From the IMG/VR virus record IMGVR_UViG_3300036760_000150, positions 1-64,000 of that record: a DNA stretch of 64,000 bases; one strand, written 5' to 3'. Below are positions 52,701 through 60,563 of the stretch, in pieces. Both the position numbers and the translations under genes were made by a program. Below the pieces are notes generated by a model. It did no database searches. It was not told the origin of the DNA and worked only from the letters and a program-made list of their open reading frames with translations. Source of the stretch: a virus. How positions within the stretch are numbered: position 1 is the stretch's first letter; every line of letters begins with the position of its first letter.

Positions 52701-54239
52701 ACTACCGATTATAGATCTCTCAGCGTCTTTCAGCGATGACTTGATCTTGAGCTGGATATCAACTGATATACGACAGATCCTGTCGCCGTACTTGGCCTCA
52801 AGGTACTGTATGACTCTGTCTCTGTCTTCTGTTGGCAAGTCAAGGTCGGCGTCAGGGAGAGTTTTGGCTTTGATACGACCAAGTGTAAGAAAGCGTTCAA
52901 AAGACAAGTTATGCTTTAGAGGGTTGACTGCGCTGACACCTATGACGTACAGCAGCAAAGATCCGCCCGCAGAACCCCGCACGTTCAACAAGATGTTGTT
53001 GTCTCGACAGTGCTCGGCTATCTCTTCAAGGGTGAAGAAGTACGGTATCAAGTTGATGGTGCCGTTGTTGGCCAGCACTGATATCTCGTACTTCAACCTG
53101 GTGACCATGTCTGGGTCTTGCCAGTTCATCCGACCGTGGCGTTGTATGATATCAACCAACTTCTTCATGAAGTTTTCAGGTACGCTGTCTAGGACCCATC
53201 TATCCTTGTTTGTAGTCATCTTGAAGTTATCGAACAGTGAGGCGAACTTGTAGGAGTTGTCGACCCAACCTTCCACAGTCTTGTCGTCCACACCCAAGGT
53301 GTGAGTAAGAGTCTCAGCTGCCTCGTCAGTGGTCATGATGTGTAGCGACTCATGGAATCGCCAGTTCTCCATACCGTTTCCAAGACGAGCATCTTGGATG
53401 AGTTTCTGCTCTTGGGTAGCGAAGTGTGAGTCTAGCGATATGATCACCGGGTCGTTGTATTTCTGTGCGAAGTACAACGAAAGTTGGTTAGACGTCTTCT
53501 GTATGTCACCTTCAGGAGCTAGGTCTGAACAGCCTATCTCTTCAAATCTACCAGGCTCGATGATAAGCTTGGTCTTGTTGTCTATCTTTGCCTTCTTCCA
53601 GTTGTGTGTGATCCTGTGTGGGAACACCTCTACGAAGAAGCTGTCGGCGCCAGCGATCTCTCTGATGATACAGTAAGCCTTCTCAGCCAAATCTGTGCGT
53701 ATGTGAACCTTATCTCTCAGCGGATCAAGCCATTTGTGCACAGATGAGATTAGACATCCACTGCACACTGTGATATGCCCCGCTGCGCCTCTCAACTCCT
53801 CAAGTGTGCAGATTGGTTTACGTTCACCCCACTTGACGATCGCTCTTGACTCCATGATGGGAGTCAGTCGACAGAAGTACTGGTAGGCCCACTCGTCTTT
53901 GAAGTGCACGGTCAGATGTGTGTAGTGCTTCTTAATCTCAGCGTCAAGTTGATCATTAGTCTTACCAGTCTTCGCCGAAATCATGGCACCAAGCTCTTCT
54001 TTGAAGAAAGGCTCTACGTAAAGCTCTATGCCGACGATAGGTTTGACGCCATGTTTCTGGGCTGAGTCGTACAGCTCGATCGCACTGTTCATGTTGCCAT
54101 GCTCTGTTATAGAGACATGGGTGGCACCAAGCTCTTTGTTGCGTTTGACTATCTGATCTATAGTCGCTGCGCCATCTAAGCTATGGTGGGAGTGTACATG
54201 TGGTCCTATAAGTTGTCTAAATTTTGGCATAATTATCAC
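49776..54239 (-). CDS. dnaE: DNA polymerase III alpha subunit with intein
   Basis: PHP HVHSHHS/TEHG/SLDSH; RGSAGGSL; FERFL; PDADLD; KYDFLGL; FNQSH. Confidence 0.95.
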   Translation of the reverse strand: MIIMPKFRQLIGPHVHSHHSLDGAATIDQIVKRNKELGATHVSITEHGNMNSAIELYDSAQKHGVKPIVGIELYVEPFFKEELGAMISAKTGKTNDQLDAEIKKHYTHLTVHFKDEWAYQYFCRLTPIMESRAIVKWGERKPICTLEELRGAAGHITVCSGCLISSVHKWLDPLRDKVHIRTDLAEKAYCIIREIAGADSFFVEVFPHRITHNWKKAKIDNKTKLIIEPGRFEEIGCSDLAPEGDIQKTSNQLSLYFAQKYNDPVIISLDSHFATQEQKLIQDARLGNGMENWRFHESLHIMTTDEAAETLTHTLGVDDKTVEGWVDNSYKFASLFDNFKMTTNKDRWVLDSVPENFMKKLVDIIQRHGRMNWQDPDMVTRLKYEISVLANNGTINLIPYFFTLEEIAEHCRDNNILLNVRGSAGGSLLLYVIGVSAVNPLKHNLSFERFLTLGRIKAKTLPDADLDLPTEDRDRVIQYLEAKYGDRICRISVDIQLKIKSSLKDAERSIIGSVSKETEAICKMIPKNINNLPEYDFVFGHTDDDGVYHKGLVETHEKFKEYIQKKPKIWEMTQEMLGINRQKSQHPCIDANMLVETNDGIKMLCVADNLKGNPITKWSTGIKDCIRVVLSNGVNVVTTPDHRYMMTDGSSVEAQHVVNRLANYQQIDKYYGDDVVNHDEAFAVGWLLRDGWIHKNGQVTLCFTPDKDNAAKDKIISFCNSILCKSWQDHRVDKVHFGIWPFLKNWGFIKNRLPCRFWLLNKKAQDSFMSGLWSANGFVLSTRRVVGIKLSKLDLISDIAVWLSAVGIKIRCTIEQPKSIKWNNGDYQSTTSICLNICTPEEIVKFSEHISFIQNYKQNRMKQISVIDRSKKYIRKTPLYKPVVYKKILSIGLREVYDFNEPIYSTGRINGVLVHNCGYVIADKPVQDYIPITQVGPVKVTGFTPKSVEKAGLIKYDFLGLNTLRDIQGCLRLINNRRGVTIDPWNLPQEEEVYKLFHRGETETVFQFDTDVVRPFLMSIKPVNLDGLAAITALARPGTLDALDMDGRTLADVYVARAKGEPIKYVHPDMAPILQDTYGTCVFQEQSIRIYQDIAGYTAEEAETVRRGIGKKDAKVLAESTKILKQRCLAKGWSEGQVKLLVDQIMASARYSFNQSHATSYAYVAYACMYLKMHYPLEWWTTVLTNASKEDLQKYWPHVSSFVLLPDINISGSRFEIVNVDGVEKVRAPLGLIDGVGEVSVNEAMTKRPFKSLDDFLSRVDRRIMRKDIVHQLILADAMNSLFPSNFNHFDKIREYEFKKAALAGKKTPDEAPSWLLSMSSIQAYLMKKSVFKVYNEDIYNLSLNKLLAEKLIEADRTVPGLYKYRDSDRYIDGKIYINHRFLEQSIMSDRGGWTDKHIFAVVGYVNTTKEHRYNGLSASDKSVTTQKTMMKITAEIGPKVYGIVKFPDYKKDHHGIDKDIKGSICLFVLQKKKDGDLIAKKVICIS
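51492..52478 (-). mobile_element. Intein with LAGLIDADG-type domain (329 aa) in DnaE
   Basis: HP|CIDANMLV...TTPDHRY...VYDF...NGVLVHN|CG; VGWLLRDG and MSGLWSANG; very AT-rich. Confidence 0.95.
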
Positions 54240-54954
54240 TTTTTTTCAAATTATCATACCACCATAATGGTTGTAAATTAGTATAATGACATGCTTGCAA
54301 ATATTGTTCATGATCTGTTAAATCAAAGGCAGCTAGTGGTTTAATATGATCTATATGCCATCCTTTGCGACCATAATTTTCCCAAGTCATTCCAGATTGA
54401 AATTTGGACATCAAATGCGACAACAACGCTGGCAAAGAACATCCTAAGCTTTTAATGGTATGCCCATTTTTAATTTTACCACGTATAACCATAGAAATTC
54501 TTGTTCTTAAATTAAATTTGATCTTTTTTACAGGGTCTAGTCGTGCCCGTCTGTGAGCTAGTAAAATTTTTTGAGCATTTTTCACTCTATATTTTTTGTC
54601 ATATTCTCGCTTCTGCTCTTTATGTGCTCTCGTATACTCACTTCTTAGTTTTTTCAAATGATCAACGTGCACAACCTGGTACCATTTATCATACTCTCGT
54701 TTTTCATCAACACGAGAACGATGATATGCCTTGCGTTCATCTGCATGTTTTAAACGATAACGTTTTTCATTTTCTTTTCTTCGTAAACGTCTGGCCTCAG
54801 GCGTCATTGGAATACGCTGAAGCGGCCCACGATTTGCTAAATACCAGTTTCGTTTGTAACACCTGTTGCACAAAAATCCATCTTTATAGCGCTTCCACCA
54901 TAAAGTATTATCAGATGCACATTGCAGACATTTTCTTAGTGATATCACACCCAT
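54217..54954 (-). CDS. Free-standing HNH endonuclease with GATA-like zinc finger
   Basis: WENYG..GWHIDHIKPL...HYTNLQPLW..DNLKK; N-terminal CLQC-x16-CNRC; AT-rich; overlaps the dnaE start. Confidence 0.9.
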   Translation of the reverse strand: MGVISLRKCLQCASDNTLWWKRYKDGFLCNRCYKRNWYLANRGPLQRIPMTPEARRLRRKENEKRYRLKHADERKAYHRSRVDEKREYDKWYQVVHVDHLKKLRSEYTRAHKEQKREYDKKYRVKNAQKILLAHRRARLDPVKKIKFNLRTRISMVIRGKIKNGHTIKSLGCSLPALLSHLMSKFQSGMTWENYGRKGWHIDHIKPLAAFDLTDHEQYLQACHYTNLQPLWWYDNLKKSDNYAKI

Positions 54955-54980
54955 ATGTTATGGTAACATATTAAAAACAA

Positions 54981-55193
54981 CTAATCAACACCAAGGGCGT
55001 CTCTTAGAGTGGCCACCGCAGACTTATAACATTCTTTCACCTCATCCACAGACATCAACAGGAGATGTGCTATGACGGAGTCAGGAACACCACGGTCGTT
55101 GGACTTCATGAACAAGTCCAAGCTGTTCTTGTACCTCTTAGAGTTTATGTAGTCGTGATCAGAGTGGATCTTGTCTTCTGAGTCAACCTTCAT
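54981..55193 (-). CDS. Small protein with sigma-region-4-like HTH
   Basis: GVPDSVIAHLLLMSVDEVKECYKSAVATLR. Confidence 0.55.
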   Translation of the reverse strand: MKVDSEDKIHSDHDYINSKRYKNSLDLFMKSNDRGVPDSVIAHLLLMSVDEVKECYKSAVATLRDALGVD

Positions 55194-55582
55194 AGTTTCT
55201 TCTTACCTTGGTCAAATATCAACACATCAGCTCCATCTATACGTCTCTTGAAGTCTGAGATCTTCTTTGTTATGTTGTCGATCTCTGTATGCTTCTCCTT
55301 GATTATAGACTCGATCTTATCTATGGCCTGCCTCTTCTTCTCGATCAGCTGGCCGATCTTCTCGTACTCAACTTTAGCCTGAGCGTACTCTCTTATAGAG
55401 ATGACAGGGTACACTTTACTGGACACATTTATGGCCTCGTATAGCTCTTGTTTCATCGCCTCGACCACAGAGAGTTCGTTTAGTTCTTCCTTTATACCAG
55501 ACCGGAAGACCTCGACAGCAGCTTGGATCTGATCCAGTTGCTGCAGTAACACCTTGTATATCACACTGACATCTTCGCTCAT
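55190..55582 (-). CDS. Coiled-coil hypothetical protein
   Basis: Likely start MSEDVS. Confidence 0.65.
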   Translation of the reverse strand: MSEDVSVIYKVLLQQLDQIQAAVEVFRSGIKEELNELSVVEAMKQELYEAINVSSKVYPVISIREYAQAKVEYEKIGQLIEKKRQAIDKIESIIKEKHTEIDNITKKISDFKRRIDGADVLIFDQGKKKL

Positions 55583-55893
55583 TCTTTCACTATCGTCCTG
55601 CTGGCACACCCACCACATATCTTAACACGTATTGGCTTGTCTACTTGGAACATGTTGATCCAAGAGATCTCATCGCTGCCACAGTTAGAACAACGAGCTA
55701 CCTTGTCGTTGTCCCTACCTTTAGCTTCTTCGACTGGGACATCTTGGTAGGTGGGTTTTGATCCGAGCTGCTTCTCAAGGTATCGAACATAACGAAGTAA
55801 GCTTACAACCTGCTTCTTGCTCTCCCTGAGTTTACCTCTAAGGTTCTCATCTGGGTCGCCGCCTCTTGATGAGGCTCTACCCTTTTTACTCAT
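55579..55893 (-). CDS. Coiled-coil + zinc ribbon protein
   Basis: Likely start MSKKGR; CSNC...CGGC. Confidence 0.65.
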   Translation of the reverse strand: MSKKGRASSRGGDPDENLRGKLRESKKQVVSLLRYVRYLEKQLGSKPTYQDVPVEEAKGRDNDKVARCSNCGSDEISWINMFQVDKPIRVKICGGCASRTIVKE

Positions 55894-55894
55894 G

Positions 55895-57022
55895 TTACTT
55901 CTTCTTGCCGAATCTCTTACCGTTGAAAGTGAAGGTACCATCTATGATGATCGGCACATATCGTGTGTAGTTTCCGTCTATAGTGAACTCAAAGATTCCT
56001 AACGCATGAGACCAGTTGTTAGGTTTCCCTTTCAAGAACTTGGCCTGCAGCGTCCTGAGACATCCTAGACTCATCGACTCATGGGTGCCTTTAACAGAAA
56101 CACCAGAATATCCTTGAATATCGTGGAGATGGCCATAATAAATGTTGACTCCGAAGATGTCTAGATGTTTCTTCGCATGATGGGTGCCAGTGTAGTAACC
56201 ATGGATGAAGTGTGCGTTACCAAGTCGTAATATCTCATTCAAAGGGATAACTCTGTAGCCAAGATCTTTCAGTCCTAGTAGATCTTGTATCTTCAGGTTA
56301 CATCCAATATCCTCTAACTTGTACATGAACTCGGGCACCTTGGCCGTCAAGAGTTGGTTAAGCCAATCTTCATGGTTTCCAATTATGAAACGTTTGTATA
56401 CACATTGAGGACCGGCTGCCTTGTCGATACGTGCAAGTAGCTTCTTTGCTGATTTGACATCGTCTACGAACACGCGTGGTTTTCCGTCTACAGACGGCCA
56501 AGGAGACACGGGTTCCATCTCCATGAAATCTCCTAGGTTGATCAAACCATGTGGTTTGTACCAGTGTAAGAACTCACACACAGATTGTATCGCATCTTCA
56601 TCATGGTCAGGTGTATGTGTGTCTGGCTCAACCACGATCCTTAAGACCTCGTCATCTTTAAGTTTTGCCAACTTGAAGATCTCACGCATAGGAGTCTCGT
56701 GCACCGTGAAGTTGTCCAACTTAGGAGTAAGAAGTTTTAGCTTACCGCTACTTTTCGAGTGTGCTCCGATGCTTCGTGGAAGAACTGTGGTCTGGGAGGT
56801 GGTTGGTGCGGGGAACAGGGCATCTCTCTGTCCTGTGAACCCACCTAACTTTCTTATCTGCCATTCAGGTACTTTGTCACCGACCACACTCCAAAACTGA
56901 GCAGGTGTGACATCATACGGTGCAACATCGTACTGTTCGGCGGCATCTGTGATGCCTTTCTTTATAACAGTTATGATGTTGTTTGACTTACGCTTGTGGG
57001 CTTTCTTGGTTTGTTGAGTCAT
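55895..57022 (-). CDS. Calcineurin-like metallophosphoesterase
   Basis: DTH, LGDF, GNHE, IHG, GHLH; likely start MTQQTKK. Confidence 0.9.
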   Translation of the reverse strand: MTQQTKKAHKRKSNNIITVIKKGITDAAEQYDVAPYDVTPAQFWSVVGDKVPEWQIRKLGGFTGQRDALFPAPTTSQTTVLPRSIGAHSKSSGKLKLLTPKLDNFTVHETPMREIFKLAKLKDDEVLRIVVEPDTHTPDHDEDAIQSVCEFLHWYKPHGLINLGDFMEMEPVSPWPSVDGKPRVFVDDVKSAKKLLARIDKAAGPQCVYKRFIIGNHEDWLNQLLTAKVPEFMYKLEDIGCNLKIQDLLGLKDLGYRVIPLNEILRLGNAHFIHGYYTGTHHAKKHLDIFGVNIYYGHLHDIQGYSGVSVKGTHESMSLGCLRTLQAKFLKGKPNNWSHALGIFEFTIDGNYTRYVPIIIDGTFTFNGKRFGKKK

Positions 57023-57551
57023 CTTTAGTTTCCTCGTTAGTTTTTCTAGCGTAGTTGTACACACCCTCGACCTTGAATCCTGCAACTTCATCCCCAACCT
57101 TCTTGCCGATCAGACTTTCCTGAATTTCTTCAGGAAAGGCGAAGACAGGTTGTGAGCCAAATGCCACATCAGTGTTGGAGTACGCGATCAAGTTGTTTTT
57201 GTCGTCGACAGCGTTCAGCGCAACAAGTTGGCCTTTGTCGACGGCTGTCTGCAAAGACTTCTTGATGTTGGCCATCTCTGTAGAAGAGATGAAGTTTGCC
57301 ACGTTGTCTGACGTCACCGGCTTGCCTTCCTCTGCAAGTTTGTACGCAGCGAGGAGTTGTTTACGTATGTCTATCTGCACATAAGTGAGCTTGTTGAGTT
57401 TAGATATCAACTCATCCAGCACATCTGTCATCCTGATGATCGCCATCTGGTTACCTTTAGAGATGGCATAAGCTTCGTCTATCTTGTCTTTGTACGAGAG
57501 TGGATTCTCAGGTGGTTGTTCTTTTGTGGGAGTTGGGCTAGATTCGCTCAT
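56988..57551 (-). CDS. Hypothetical protein, C-terminus resembles a GreA-C/FKBP-type fold
   Basis: ESLIGKKVGDEV; weak. Confidence 0.55.
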   Translation of the reverse strand: MSESSPTPTKEQPPENPLSYKDKIDEAYAISKGNQMAIIRMTDVLDELISKLNKLTYVQIDIRKQLLAAYKLAEEGKPVTSDNVANFISSTEMANIKKSLQTAVDKGQLVALNAVDDKNNLIAYSNTDVAFGSQPVFAFPEEIQESLIGKKVGDEVAGFKVEGVYNYARKTNEETKDDSTNQESPQA

Positions 57552-58344
57552 TTGGATCTCCTCCTTCTATCTGATCTGAAAGCGTTACCACGGACTGTTG
57601 ACCACCAACAGCTTGGTTTACAAGTGAAGTTATGTTAAGTCCTAGGTCAGCTGCGTTTCCAACAGACCTGTTGGACTGCGAGATGATAGGTGCTGCACCA
57701 AGGTTAGGCGAGTAGTTAGGCGGCACAGCATACCCTGCTGCAGTTCGCACGTTACCCTTAGGCGTTTTAGAGCCAGGAGCGATGTGTAATTTATCGTTCT
57801 CGCCTGTAGACTGTTTTACTTTTTTCCCAGTTTTCTTTGTTGTGGATGTAGTAGAAGTATTTTGAATTGCTGCACCTTGTATGATAGGTTTAGGTGCTGA
57901 CATACTTTTCACCTCAGGGATGGGTGTGTTTATAGCCTCAGAACCAACAGTTTGGATGACAGGACGTTTGATCTCGCTGGCAAGCGTCGACATATCTCGT
58001 CTGAGAACTTTAGCCGCAAGAGCCTTCAACGCAAGCACTTCGCTGTCATCAAATGGTAGGTCAACAGGCTTAGTGGCTACCACAACGGAGGGTTGTTCTA
58101 TGCCGAGCAACGCGTTGATCCGTTCAACCGCAAACCGTTTGAACTCTCTGTTGGCTTGTGTAACTGAATCAGCACTACCAGACTCTGCAGAGAAAACATC
58201 AGTCTTCACTATCGCCAGGTACAAGTTCGCCAGCTCGATACGACGTATCGACTCCTCAAGCGTCTTTGTGTTCTCGTCGCCGACCTCTTTCTCCTCTATA
58301 TCGTCTAGTACCTCATCAAGCTCATCGATCTCATCACGGTTCAT
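57538..58344 (-). CDS. hypothetical protein
   Basis: 268 aa, acidic N-terminus, low-complexity C-terminus. Confidence 0.75.
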   Translation of the reverse strand: MNRDEIDELDEVLDDIEEKEVGDENTKTLEESIRRIELANLYLAIVKTDVFSAESGSADSVTQANREFKRFAVERINALLGIEQPSVVVATKPVDLPFDDSEVLALKALAAKVLRRDMSTLASEIKRPVIQTVGSEAINTPIPEVKSMSAPKPIIQGAAIQNTSTTSTTKKTGKKVKQSTGENDKLHIAPGSKTPKGNVRTAAGYAVPPNYSPNLGAAPIISQSNRSVGNAADLGLNITSLVNQAVGGQQSVVTLSDQIEGGDPNERI

Positions 58345-58402
58345 AACTCATCCTCCATGGTCATCGTACAACCACTCAAGTTCACTGTCAACGTCGTGTG
58401 CA

Positions 58403-58996
58403 TCACTGTGTGATCTTCTTGGCGCGTTTGCGCTCTTTCTTTGGCTTGACACGAGGCACCAAGCCTTTCGTGTCTATCAGGTAAAAAACACCGTGTAAGA
58501 TGGCGTCTAGTATGTCGTAGCCCTCATCTGTGGTTGTAGAGGCACGATCTATCTCAGCCCTTATGAAGCGTTTAGCCCTGATGTCCCATGGGTACTCAAG
58601 TAACCACTCTGCAGTGGATCGTTTGTCTGAGCCACCCCATGTGTCTCCTATGACGCCACGCCTAGCTTCGCTTACCCCTTGCCACACCACTTTGGCCCAC
58701 GTCTCTGCCTTGATTGCGCCGATCAGCTCTGTGAGGCTCTGCTTGGAGAACCCCATACCCCATGGCTTCTCACTGACGACCTCTTCAGGCTGTTCTAAGG
58801 CTATGATAGTCGCAGCTGCATGTGCCATGTACATGGTCTTCTTGGTTGAGTCCCACTCAGAAGGGGTCTCGATGACGTGTGCCAGGAAAAGGCTAAGACA
58901 ATGTGTTTTACCTGTAACAGGTACGTCTACGCTGTTCAACGTTATGCCAGCAACACCGAATTTCTTGCCAGCTGGGTCAAGCGATATGATCCTCAA
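58403..58996 (-). CDS. RuvC-like Holliday junction resolvase
   Basis: IISLDP..., VVSEKP, DK, DILDA acidic motifs. Confidence 0.75.
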   Translation of the reverse strand: MRIISLDPAGKKFGVAGITLNSVDVPVTGKTHCLSLFLAHVIETPSEWDSTKKTMYMAHAAATIIALEQPEEVVSEKPWGMGFSKQSLTELIGAIKAETWAKVVWQGVSEARRGVIGDTWGGSDKRSTAEWLLEYPWDIRAKRFIRAEIDRASTTTDEGYDILDAILHGVFYLIDTKGLVPRVKPKKERKRAKKITQ

Positions 58997-59871
58997 TTGC
59001 GGACCTCTAGTATGTATCGGTTGATGAAAGACATCACCTTGTAGTATGCGTCTGTCATGTCCTGGTACTTCTTCCAGATAGTCATGTCGCGGTCAAACTC
59101 TTCTGAGGTGACATCGACGAATTTGGCGTTATCGATGGCTTGCATGATATACGATGATGGGTAGTAGATACCGTCACCGTTACCGTATATCTTAGACGGT
59201 GGCATGTAGCGGGACACGATACCTACAACTTCACCGTAGCTGTTAAGAACTGGAGATCCAGAGAAGCCGGGGCCTATGTTGACTGTGGCCATGAGTACAG
59301 GAGACAACGATGTGATAGGGTACTTGTCCTTGGACAAGCATATGAAGTTCTCGATAGATAAACGTCTGGGTGGTTTCTCTTTGCAGCTAACAAAACCAGC
59401 GTAGTCGATCATGCTGTCTGAGCCGTACATCTTTCCGATCGTAACCATGCCAAAGTCACTTCTCCCAAGGAAGCCAAACACTGTCACTGGTTGTTGAAGG
59501 TAAGTTGGGTACATCGACAAGTTCAGCCCCAGATGAGGGTTGACAGTTTTCATTATACATACATCAGATTGTTTGGTGACCGACACCTCTGTTATCACAT
59601 CGTAGTCTCTATCGTACAACACGGAGGGACCGTTCACAGTTTTGATGTAAGCTGTGCCGTCTCCAGATAGGCTGGCACATACATGGTTGTTTGTAACAAG
59701 GTAGGTACTTCCTTTGTAGTTCAGTGCGAAGGTGGTGGCCACCATGTACGGCATCTCGTTTGCGTCCATTTTATAGACTTTGTAGATAGACTGCTGCGAT
59801 CGGTTGAAATCTATGTCAGCATTGGCTGACGCTCCAAAGAGTAGCAGTACAGATACTAAGATTGAGATCAC
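58993..59871 (-). CDS. Trypsin-like (S1) serine protease with signal peptide
   Basis: TNNHVC, SDVC, PGFSGSPV; MISILVSVLLLFGASANA signal. Confidence 0.9.
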   Translation of the reverse strand: MISILVSVLLLFGASANADIDFNRSQQSIYKVYKMDANEMPYMVATTFALNYKGSTYLVTNNHVCASLSGDGTAYIKTVNGPSVLYDRDYDVITEVSVTKQSDVCIMKTVNPHLGLNLSMYPTYLQQPVTVFGFLGRSDFGMVTIGKMYGSDSMIDYAGFVSCKEKPPRRLSIENFICLSKDKYPITSLSPVLMATVNIGPGFSGSPVLNSYGEVVGIVSRYMPPSKIYGNGDGIYYPSSYIMQAIDNAKFVDVTSEEFDRDMTIWKKYQDMTDAYYKVMSFINRYILEVRN

Positions 59872-60155
59872 AGTTTACCGCGCTCTTCCAAGAGTACAAG
59901 CAGAAACTGTATCTTGAATTTGATGGGGTTTATCAAGTCCTTGTACCCGTCCCTTAACGCCTTGAGGTCGGCGGCGAGGGATGAGATCTTGGGGTCTTCT
60001 TTCTTCTTGAGTTTCAGGTCTTCGAGTTCCTTACTCATGCTGACCACCATGTCCTTGATCTGTCCATCTTGCATCGACAACGAAGTCTCAACAAACTCCG
60101 CATCTATCTTACCGGCCAACTTATCCCTCTTCTTCTCAAGGTCTGTTGTGTCCAT
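59868..60155 (-). CDS. Coiled-coil hypothetical protein
   Basis: 95 aa, GAGGAGG RBS. Confidence 0.7.
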   Translation of the reverse strand: MDTTDLEKKRDKLAGKIDAEFVETSLSMQDGQIKDMVVSMSKELEDLKLKKKEDPKISSLAADLKALRDGYKDLINPIKFKIQFLLVLLEERGKL

Positions 60156-60167
60156 CTTAAAGCCTCC

Positions 60168-60563
60168 TCAGCTCGATCTTATAGACCATATAACTTCAAT
60201 ATCTCTTACATTTCTGTCTATGTCAACGGTAGACAGCATGCATCTAGATAGTCTTATGTGTGACTTGATGAAGGGTGACGTGAAACGACGCATGTACATC
60301 TCTAACATATCTAAGGTCATCCTTGAGTAGTGAATTATGTCGTTTTTGAAGTTGAGGGCGTACTCACTGAGGTCATCCTTGTTAAGGAACGCACGCAACA
60401 TGTATAGTCCTTCGTGGATTGGATCTTCCACCACCAACACCCTGTTGGTCTTATCCTTGAGTTCTTTGATAGGGATATATAACGTTGCATGGTCGAGATG
60501 CTCCCAAAGGGCCATTGTGGTGTCAAGTCTGTTAGACCTCTGCATTGATGGTTGCCACCCCAT
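60168..60563 (-). CDS. hypothetical protein
   Basis: 131 aa; start uncertain. Confidence 0.6.
   Translation of the reverse strand: MGWQPSMQRSNRLDTTMALWEHLDHATLYIPIKELKDKTNRVLVVEDPIHEGLYMLRAFLNKDDLSEYALNFKNDIIHYSRMTLDMLEMYMRRFTSPFIKSHIRLSRCMLSTVDIDRNVRDIEVIWSIRSS

Noticed and set aside
58341-58452. Micro-ORFs between the RuvC-like gene and the next gene (20 aa MHTTLTVNLSGCTMTMEDEL, or a 34-aa GTG-start alternative)
   Set aside because: Two competing short frames with no way to choose between them from sequence alone.
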